From the IMG/VR virus record IMGVR_UViG_3300005253_000053: a stretch of DNA of 64,000 nucleotides, one strand, 5' to 3'. The DNA comes from a virus (taxonomy: Duplodnaviria; Heunggongvirae; Uroviricota; Caudoviricetes). Under the pieces are notes generated by a model. The model worked only from the letters and a program-made list of their open reading frames with translations. It was not told the origin of the DNA and made no database searches. Every line of letters begins with the position of its first letter. The stretch's first letter is position 1. Shown here one piece after another: positions 1-6,810 of this stretch. A program made the translations under genes and the position numbers.

Positions 1-45
1 GGGCCAGTTCGCCAAAGGCCTCCTCAGGTGTGTCGTACATCGACA

Positions 46-825
46 TCAGCAGCTATCCAATCCCTTGGCCGCCTCTTCGAGCACGCCTGACAGGTCGTCC
101 AAACTCCCGATGATGATTTTCGAGCCGTCCGTTCTGGTGATCATCGACTGCGGCACCCCGATGATGCCCGACAGGTTGTCCAGGTCGGGGATCTCCAAGT
201 CGGACGAGTCGCCCCGGAAGCTGATGTACTTGATCTCCAGGTTCTGCCAGTAGGCTGAGACGCCCATCTGGTCAATCTCTTTGCGCTCGATGACCTCCAT
301 CAGTTGCCGACGCCACAGGAACAGGTCGCCGGACTCGATCTGAAGCGCCCGCTCCTCCAGCATGTAGCGGCCGAGCTTCATGGTGCCGTCGTGGTTGCGG
401 TCCTTCCCGAACTTCGTCAGGTCGGCCTTCACGGTATCGTCCACGAAGCCGAAGATCAGATACGGCCGGTAGACCCGCTGGTCGTGCAGAGCCTCGCGGA
501 AGAAGTCGGGCCTGCTGAACTGGTCGACCGGCTCGAAGGCCTCGTCCGGCGGCTTCGGGTAGGCCTTCCGCTCCAAGTCAGTAGGCAACAGAAAGTTGAC
601 CGGATCGATGTCCGGCGCGTCGACCACACGGGGTGGTAACGTCGGCGGCAATTCTGGATCGAGGTCGACCGGAGCGACGGGCTGAGTGGCCTTCATCAGC
701 TTCCAGTACGGGATCGGCGCGAGCTTCTGTGCCGCGTACTGGATCGTCTGCTCACGATTGAGCCGGATCTTCTTGTCGAAGTTCGGGAACTGCGGAAAGT
801 TGTTGAAGCCCCGGGTGTCAGCCAT
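46..825 (-). CDS. hypothetical protein, tandem paralog of 825..1493
   Basis: 259-aa ORF. Shares N-terminus MAD..F and the ESGDLFL(W/F)RRQL block with the adjacent ORF. Its start overlaps the stop of the upstream gene. Confidence 0.6.
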   Translation of the reverse strand: MADTRGFNNFPQFPNFDKKIRLNREQTIQYAAQKLAPIPYWKLMKATQPVAPVDLDPELPPTLPPRVVDAPDIDPVNFLLPTDLERKAYPKPPDEAFEPVDQFSRPDFFREALHDQRVYRPYLIFGFVDDTVKADLTKFGKDRNHDGTMKLGRYMLEERALQIESGDLFLWRRQLMEVIERKEIDQMGVSAYWQNLEIKYISFRGDSSDLEIPDLDNLSGIIGVPQSMITRTDGSKIIIGSLDDLSGVLEEAAKGLDSC

Positions 826-1493
826 CAGCCTTCCACCGGCTCAGGGAACACGTTCGCAGGAAGATCCGGAAGCTCCAGGTTGGAGGAGTCTCCGTGCCAG
901 TCATTATACGGCACCTCCAACCACGTCCAGTAGTCGGTGCCGCCGATGCGCCTGGACTCCTTGTAGTCCAGGACCTCGCGCAGTTGCCGCCTGAACAGGA
1001 ACAGGTCGCCGGACTCCGGCAGGTACCCGATCTCCTCCAAAAGCCACCGGCATATCCACAGCGTACCGTCATGCTTGTGGACCGTGCCGAAGCGCGTCAG
1101 CGAGATGTCCTGCTTCTCGTCCACCAGCCCGAACGCCAGGAAGGCCAGATACTCACGCTGGTCGTGCTCGGCTTCGCCGAAGATGTTGACCTGGGTCTTG
1201 TTGAGAATGAGATTCCGAAGCTCTTCCGGGGGTTCCGGATATGCCCGCCGCTTCTGCCTGCTGGATAGCTCAAGCTCCTCGTCGGTGGCCGTGGTCACGT
1301 CCACGAAGTCCACCGTGGGCGGAAGCTCGGTCTCCAGGGGAAACGTAGACACTGGCTGCCCAGGCTTGAGCAGCTTCCAGACCGGTACAGGAGCTAGGCG
1401 TTCGCGGGAGTACTGGACAAGCGCCTCGCGGCCAAGCCGGATGAGCTTGTCGATGTCGGGAAACTGAACGAGAGTCTCGAAACGGTCCGCCAC
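825..1493 (-). CDS. hypothetical protein, tandem paralog of 46..825
   Basis: 222-aa ORF, collinear similarity to 46..825 (LAP.P.WKL.K..QPV, ESGDLFLFRRQL). Confidence 0.6.
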   Translation of the reverse strand: MADRFETLVQFPDIDKLIRLGREALVQYSRERLAPVPVWKLLKPGQPVSTFPLETELPPTVDFVDVTTATDEELELSSRQKRRAYPEPPEELRNLILNKTQVNIFGEAEHDQREYLAFLAFGLVDEKQDISLTRFGTVHKHDGTLWICRWLLEEIGYLPESGDLFLFRRQLREVLDYKESRRIGGTDYWTWLEVPYNDWHGDSSNLELPDLPANVFPEPVEG

Positions 1494-1743
1494 ACGGCAT
1501 TCCCTATCGGTTGTTTACGACCAAAACCGCAGCCGCCTTAATCGGCCGCAGCCACAGCCTCGGTGTCGGACTCCTCCGTAACAGATTCGTCGGCGGCTTC
1601 CTCAACTTCATCGTCCATCGCGCAGTCGTCTTCAAGCGAGATAGACACCGGCTTCTTTAAGGTCTTCTTGAACTAGCCTGACAGACAGCCACCTTGATCG
1701 AGTCGAGACGCGCGGCCAAAGTTTTCCAGACGCCATTCACGGT

Positions 1744-2037
1744 CTATTGCCTTTCGGCGCTCAAGTCACCAGGCTTCAGGATATCCGAGACAGCGATCCC
1801 CTTGTCGAGTTCCCACGCGGCATCGAACGCTTCCGCCTCGGTCCCGGTCAGGATCGAGCGCCATCCAACCGTGTCACTTCCGGTCACCTCACCGTACCTG
1901 ATCTTTGCGGAAGTGCACTTTAACTCGCCGTCGAATCGCATGACCACTTCCGAAACGACGCGGTCGGTCGGCTTTAGCGGAGCAATGGCATTCTCGATTG
2001 GTACTTTCTTAATTGTCACGATGTTCTCCTTACGCAT
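1744..2037 (-). CDS. hypothetical small protein
   Basis: 97-aa minus-strand ORF tiling with neighbours. No motif recognised. Confidence 0.4.
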   Translation of the reverse strand: MRKENIVTIKKVPIENAIAPLKPTDRVVSEVVMRFDGELKCTSAKIRYGEVTGSDTVGWRSILTGTEAEAFDAAWELDKGIAVSDILKPGDLSAERQ

Positions 2038-2644
2038 TCCACGTTTTCACGAGAGATTCCACGGTGCTTTGGACAGAAACGTTCAGCCACTTGGTCGCGG
2101 CACCGGCCACGGTCACGTCGATCTCTAAGTCTCCCGCCGCGTCGGTGACGAAAACCGCCGCAGCATTGGCGAGCATGTCCACGATCAACGTACCTTTGGT
2201 TCCGGCCGCGAGTGTGCCGATTGCCACGGCCGCGCCGCGCTCGGTATCGCTCACCCAGGCGTGGATCAGGGTGGGGGAGTTGATGTTGGCCCCGTTTGCC
2301 CCGAGAATGTTCGCAGTGAATCGGATGACGTCGGCCGCCGTGTCGCCTTCGGTGTCACTGGTCAGCGTGTCGGTCCGACGGATACGACTACTCAAGGTCG
2401 CGTCCAGCTTTATGCCGCTGACCTGCGCGTTGCCTAGCTTCAAACTGTTCACCGCCAAGTTGAGGATCTTGCTGGTGGTCACCGCATCGTCGGCGAGTTC
2501 GAGGGTGTCTATCGCATTGTCGGCCATCTTAACGTTCGTTACGGCATTGTCGGCGAGCTTGTCGGTCGTTATCGAACCATCGCCAGGCGCGCCGCCCTGG
2601 CCGCCGAGGACGCCCAGAACTCCGATTATTCTCAATCCGGCCAT
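2030..2644 (-). CDS. fibre-like protein with phage tail-fibre repeats
   Basis: 204 aa. Six tandem ~10-aa units K[LMI]AD[ND]A[VI][TD] (KLADNAVTNV / KMADNAIDTL / ELADDAVTTS / KILNLAVNSL ...), resembling the tail-fibre repeat of coliphage side fibres. Confidence 0.55.
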   Translation of the reverse strand: MAGLRIIGVLGVLGGQGGAPGDGSITTDKLADNAVTNVKMADNAIDTLELADDAVTTSKILNLAVNSLKLGNAQVSGIKLDATLSSRIRRTDTLTSDTEGDTAADVIRFTANILGANGANINSPTLIHAWVSDTERGAAVAIGTLAAGTKGTLIVDMLANAAAVFVTDAAGDLEIDVTVAGAATKWLNVSVQSTVESLVKTWNA

Positions 2645-2654
2645 TCACTTAACC

Positions 2655-3044
2655 TCATGGAATCGGCGGTAGAATGCCGCTCTGGATCGCCAGGGTCAGC
2701 AGGACTTTCACATCCATGGCCACGCCAGCCGAACGCAAGAAGATCTGCTGAACCCACAGTCCTGCCAGAGAGAACGACCGGGCGCTGGCTGGGGCCAAGA
2801 ACCAGACTGTGCTCCCGCTGACCTGAGTCTTCAGAGAGACCTCAAAGTCGTTAGCCGCATCACCCTCCATGTAGAAACCGGTGATGACGACGTTGCTGCC
2901 CACGAGCGTGGTGATATCGAGTGTGGTCTCAACGGCCGGACTGACATCGAGCGACTCAGTCGATGTGAAGGCCGGGCCTTTTCCGTTGATGTGGCTGCCT
3001 TCACGAATGATGACGCCACCTTCTTGTCCTTGTACGTCGGCCAT
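2655..3044 (-). CDS. hypothetical virion-module protein
   Basis: 129-aa ORF in structural gene run, beta-rich composition. Confidence 0.4.
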   Translation of the reverse strand: MADVQGQEGGVIIREGSHINGKGPAFTSTESLDVSPAVETTLDITTLVGSNVVITGFYMEGDAANDFEVSLKTQVSGSTVWFLAPASARSFSLAGLWVQQIFLRSAGVAMDVKVLLTLAIQSGILPPIP

Positions 3045-3057
3045 GTTTGCAATACTC

Positions 3058-3282
3058 CTAGATCCGTGTCAGCTTGTCTTTCCATTTCGTGGCCTTGGAA
3101 GCCACATCCTCAGGCGGGCAGGCATCCAGCAGGGCCTCGATGAAATCCAGGGCTTCCGGCACGCCGATAGGAACGCCTTCTGGAAGCGACTCAGCCAGCT
3201 TCCGGCCCGCTTCGCCAGACTCACGCGTAAGCTGCCTGCGCAGTTTCTCGGTCCAGGTTGCGAAGTCTTCGATCAGTCCCAT
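3058..3282 (-). CDS. hypothetical small protein
   Basis: 74-aa ORF overlapping the next gene by 10 nt. Confidence 0.35.
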   Translation of the reverse strand: MGLIEDFATWTEKLRRQLTRESGEAGRKLAESLPEGVPIGVPEALDFIEALLDACPPEDVASKATKWKDKLTRI

Positions 3283-3974
3283 CGTGGTGCCGCGTAGGCC
3301 TCCGGCATTCGTTCCAAAACGTCCTCGACCTCTTCGAGTTCCTTGGCAGCGAGGTCGGCCTGACGAGCCATATCCGTCTCGATATTACCCGAAGCTCCCG
3401 GAAGTGGCCCAAGTCGATCAAACGCCTGGACCATCTGCTCTCGCGCACGGCTGCGCAACAGCTTCCGAAAGATCCGGAAGCGGTGCCCCTCGATGTCTTC
3501 GAGCGTCGCGCTCCGCATGATGTGGAACGTGAAGTGCTCCTGGCCGCGCGGATTCCACACGTACAGGATTCTCTCGTTCGGGTCCCACTTCTGATCCTCT
3601 TTTCCGCCGAGCAGCCGGGACCACCGCTCGATGGTCTGGTTGATCTCGAACTGGAAGCGCGGCCCCTGAAGGCTCAGCGCGATGATCTGGATCGGGTAGA
3701 ACGGGGTCAGCGTGCGGTGGATGTCGACCGTGGAGTCCGTGTAGTGGAAATCTCCGACGCCAAACTCGCCCTCCTCTTCTGACAGGTCGATCAACAGCAG
3801 ACCGTCTGGTATCTGGACCTCGCGCGCTTCAATGCGCGGCACAAACGAGCCCCAGATATCGAGAGCGTCGCTGAGGGCGACATCCATATCGGCCTCTTCG
3901 AGCGGGACAAAGGCGCGCAGCTTGCCCAGGTCCCGCGTGACGAGGTCGAACCACTCTGGTTTGGTGCGGGGCAT
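3273..3974 (-). CDS. hypothetical virion-module protein
   Basis: 233-aa ORF with protein-like composition. No motif recognised. Confidence 0.5.
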   Translation of the reverse strand: MPRTKPEWFDLVTRDLGKLRAFVPLEEADMDVALSDALDIWGSFVPRIEAREVQIPDGLLLIDLSEEEGEFGVGDFHYTDSTVDIHRTLTPFYPIQIIALSLQGPRFQFEINQTIERWSRLLGGKEDQKWDPNERILYVWNPRGQEHFTFHIMRSATLEDIEGHRFRIFRKLLRSRAREQMVQAFDRLGPLPGASGNIETDMARQADLAAKELEEVEDVLERMPEAYAAPRWD

Positions 3975-3978
3975 AGGC

Positions 3979-4314
3979 TTACTTCAGCAGTCCGGCTGCC
4001 CTCAGCGCGGTCTTCGCATCATCCCTGTCCGAGCCGTGGAAATTGGCCTTGACCGTCTCGAAGACGTGCCGCTTCTCGTAGCTGGTCAGGGCCTTCCGTA
4101 GCTGGTGAGTGGTCCCCGGGTTGTTCCGCGTGAGCGGGTTCGTCCCGAGCCAGTCCAGGATCGCCTCGACGATCTCGTCCCTGACGTTGGAACCGAAGGG
4201 ATTCGACCCACAGCGCTCCACGGCCACATACTCTGACCGGGGCGGTGCCCCGCCACCCACTCCTTCAGAGAGCAGGCTGCCGGGCATAATGGGCTGGGTA
4301 CGCTTATCGGACAT
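3979..4314 (-). CDS. hypothetical protein
   Basis: 111-aa ORF. GGAGGTGACC sits 5 nt before the ATG. Putative promoter and terminator lie upstream. Confidence 0.45.
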   Translation of the reverse strand: MSDKRTQPIMPGSLLSEGVGGGAPPRSEYVAVERCGSNPFGSNVRDEIVEAILDWLGTNPLTRNNPGTTHQLRKALTSYEKRHVFETVKANFHGSDRDDAKTALRAAGLLK

Positions 4315-4377
4315 AGGTCACCTCCGGGCTATGAAGAGAATACTCGAAAGCGGCTCGGCCCAGCAAACGGGGCAGGT

Positions 4378-4410
4378 AAAGACTTTTTATAGGCCTTTCG
4401 ACCACCTTGA
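4378..4410 (-). promoter_or_regulatory. putative promoter (TAGTCA-17-TATAAA) after the terminator
   Basis: mRNA-sense ...GTAGTCAAGGTGGTCGAAAGGCCTATAAAAAGTC lies between the 4449..4488 terminator and the 4314 start. TATAAAAA resembles a -10 element and the T4 late box TATAAATA. Confidence 0.3.
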
Positions 4411-4448
4411 CTACTTCGGGGCAACCTGGAAGGGGTGCGCCCTCCCGA

Positions 4449-4488
4449 AACCAAAAACGGGACGCCCGGTTTCCCGAGCGCCCCGTTT
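4449..4488 (-). terminator. rho-independent terminator after gene 4501..4986
   Basis: mRNA-sense ACGGGGCGC-loop-GGCGTCCCGTTTTTGGTTT: GC-rich imperfect stem followed by a U-tract. Confidence 0.45.
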
Positions 4489-4500
4489 GAACGCGAGTGC

Positions 4501-4986
4501 TTACGTTCCCGGAGGGGCTTGGCTAATCGGCTTCGTTGGCTGAAGCGGATTGGGCACGCTTGCCTGTGCCGGTCCCGGCCGCAGAGACGAAACGATGTTC
4601 GCCGCCATCTCCGGGTCCCGCTCTGCCAGCATGGCCAGGAAACCCTTGATGGCGTTCGGGTCCATGTTCAGCATGTCGTGGATCGTCGGCCCCGTCGGCA
4701 CGTTACTCCCCCTGATCTCCAGGTAGTCCGGAGCGATCTCCTTGGTGATACTACGCTCGATCCGCGTGAAGTGGTCGAAGAACGGATGCGTCTGGTACAT
4801 CCCCGACCGCAGGGTGGTCTTCTCGTCCGGGATCGCCGGAAAGACCGTGAACGAACCTGGATCGACCGGGTCGGGCAGGTGGACCGGGAACTTCTGCCGG
4901 TTCACGTAGATCCACGTTGACCTGCGTGCTGCTTGCTCTGGCGGAGCTTCCGCCGGACTGCCTTCAATCTGTGGTGTGTCTGCCAT
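4501..4986 (-). CDS. hypothetical protein downstream of capsid gene
   Basis: Start moved to MADTPQIEG (AAGGAG 8 nt upstream). The upstream part of the 189-aa track ORF overlaps the capsid terminator. Confidence 0.5.
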   Translation of the reverse strand: MADTPQIEGSPAEAPPEQAARRSTWIYVNRQKFPVHLPDPVDPGSFTVFPAIPDEKTTLRSGMYQTHPFFDHFTRIERSITKEIAPDYLEIRGSNVPTGPTIHDMLNMDPNAIKGFLAMLAERDPEMAANIVSSLRPGPAQASVPNPLQPTKPISQAPPGT

Positions 4987-5065
4987 CGCTCGTGCTCCTT
5001 TTTTAAGCCCACGATGTTCGCAAGACTGCGGGCAGGAGCCGGTCCCCTGCACCTGTGAGTAGAGT

Positions 5066-5096
5066 AACAAAAAAGGGCCAGGATTGCTCCCGGCCC
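5066..5096 (-). terminator. rho-independent terminator after major capsid gene
   Basis: mRNA-sense GGGCCGGGAGCAATCCTGGCCC followed by TTTTTTGTT, immediately 3' of the capsid stop. Confidence 0.55.
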
Positions 5097-5127
5097 TTTC
5101 TGTGTTCGATCCTGATCAGGTTACGGC

Positions 5128-6633
5128 TTAGGGGCCGAATCCTGCGGAGACGGCGACATTCACAACCTCGCCCGTGGCGAAGAAGTTCGTGTCGACCATG
5201 AACTTCGCGTACTCGGTCCAGAGACCGCGCTGCGTGACGCCGAACGGCTGGACGAGCGGCGGCGAGGTGTAGAACGGGATGTACGGCGCGTACACCAACC
5301 CCGCCTTCAGGAAGCCCGGTCCCCGGTAGCCGACCACGAACCGGTTGGGGTTCGTGCCGCCGCCGACATCCGGCATACGGGGGTCGACGACCACGTCCCA
5401 CTGGCCGTCGATCTTTCCGGCCAGGGTCGGGCCTGCGGTGGCCTTCGTGCCGAAGCTCGGGTCCGGCACGAAGCGCGGCGCACCGATGTCGCGCAGGATC
5501 GAGAGCACCTCGGTCCCGCAGACAACGAAGTTCGGCTGGATCTGCTGCGTCGCCTGATAGACGAGATCCGAAGCCTGGATGATGGCACCGATCAGGCCTT
5601 CCTTGTGCCACTTGAAGGCGAACCCGCCGCCCGTGTTCCGGTTGAAGACCACGTTTCCTGCTGTGGCCTCCTGAACCATGAAGTCGATCAGTTCACGGAC
5701 GATTTCCGCCGTGACCGTCTCCGACATGGACACAACCAGTTCCGCGTCGGCGTCGCCACCGTACTGGCTGCGGAAGTCCGCAACCGTCTTGTGGCTGTAC
5801 TCGATCTGGAGGTTGCGCGGCTCGGCCCGAATCAACTGCTGCTGCAATTCGAGCTTGACCTTCGGGATGAGGGGGTTTCCCTCGGAGTCGTACTTGTACG
5901 TCGTGAGGATCGGAAGTGTGACCGCTCCCGTGAAGGTCATGCCCACGACTGCGCCCGTGAGGTAGTCGATGGTTCCGCCGCCGGTCGTGTCACCGACGAG
6001 CGCGCCGTTGCCATCGTCGCGAACGACGAGAGGCGTGGCGGCCGAGTCGAACATCTCGAACGAACCCGGGCGGATCGGGAAGTACGTGCCGACAAGGCTC
6101 GCGGCCTTGGCGAACGGTCCCGGGGTCGTCCCCGTGAAGCGCGCTTCACGGAAGATGACTTCGTCCGAGTAGTGGAAATTGGTGCCCTGGAACCCGGTCG
6201 TCGCGTCGAAGATCCGGCTTCCCCCGACCAGTTCACCCTTGTCGTTCTCGCGGATGATGCTGTAGTAGAAGACGTTCGAGTGCGGACCGGCCATCGGCTG
6301 AACCGAGGCCAGGACGCTGATGATGTCCTCCTGGAACGCTGCGCGAACCATCGGGAACATCCACTGCTCGAAGCTGCCGAGGTTCACCGCCTTCATCGCC
6401 TCATCCATCTGGCTGAGGTAATTGCCGGTGTTCTCCAGAAGCTGAGCGACGACCGCCTGCTTGTAGGGGTCCTCCATCTCGGCGATGAAGTTCGTGGGAC
6501 GCTTGTGGAAGCGCTTGTCCTTGTAGCGGGACCACTTGCGGATCAAGCCCTGGCGAGCGTCGATGAAATTCGTCACCAGGGTCGACTCTTGCGCCTCGTT
6601 GAGAGGCTGAGCGACTGCTGCGGCCGTACTCAT
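5128..6633 (-). CDS. major capsid protein, T4 gp23-like
   Basis: Blocks collinear with T4 gp23 as I recall it: MVRAAF..SVLASVQPM (T4 MVRRAI..DICGVQPM), GGDADAELVVSMSETVTAEI (GMDADAELSGILATEIMLEI), PNFVVCGTEVLSIL (GNFIIASRNVVNVL), FVVGYRGPG..GLVYAPYI (FTVGYKGPN..GIYYAPYV). Start set at MSTAAAV with GGGAGA 9 nt upstream. N-terminal IAE/LLE sites suggest propeptide cleavage. Confidence 0.85.
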   Translation of the reverse strand: MSTAAAVAQPLNEAQESTLVTNFIDARQGLIRKWSRYKDKRFHKRPTNFIAEMEDPYKQAVVAQLLENTGNYLSQMDEAMKAVNLGSFEQWMFPMVRAAFQEDIISVLASVQPMAGPHSNVFYYSIIRENDKGELVGGSRIFDATTGFQGTNFHYSDEVIFREARFTGTTPGPFAKAASLVGTYFPIRPGSFEMFDSAATPLVVRDDGNGALVGDTTGGGTIDYLTGAVVGMTFTGAVTLPILTTYKYDSEGNPLIPKVKLELQQQLIRAEPRNLQIEYSHKTVADFRSQYGGDADAELVVSMSETVTAEIVRELIDFMVQEATAGNVVFNRNTGGGFAFKWHKEGLIGAIIQASDLVYQATQQIQPNFVVCGTEVLSILRDIGAPRFVPDPSFGTKATAGPTLAGKIDGQWDVVVDPRMPDVGGGTNPNRFVVGYRGPGFLKAGLVYAPYIPFYTSPPLVQPFGVTQRGLWTEYAKFMVDTNFFATGEVVNVAVSAGFGP

Positions 6634-6785
6634 GGTAGTAATCTCCCGTTTCAGTGTAGCACCGCCCACAATGGGGATGCTTTGAAGCGGGAAGGCTGGT
6701 GGCTGGAGTGGCCTCGCGGAGGCTCGTACCACTGGATAGGCATCAGTGGGTCCGAGTACCGCCTTCCTTGACGATTCTTATTTTG

Positions 6786-6803
6786 CCCGACTCCCCTCAG
6801 GGA
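6786..6803. other. perfect GC hairpin between protease/scaffold and capsid genes
   Basis: GACTCCC-CTCA-GGGAGTC, 7-bp stem. Not followed by a U-tract on either strand, so probably an RNA processing or stability element rather than a terminator. Confidence 0.3.
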
Positions 6804-6810
6804 GTCAAAT

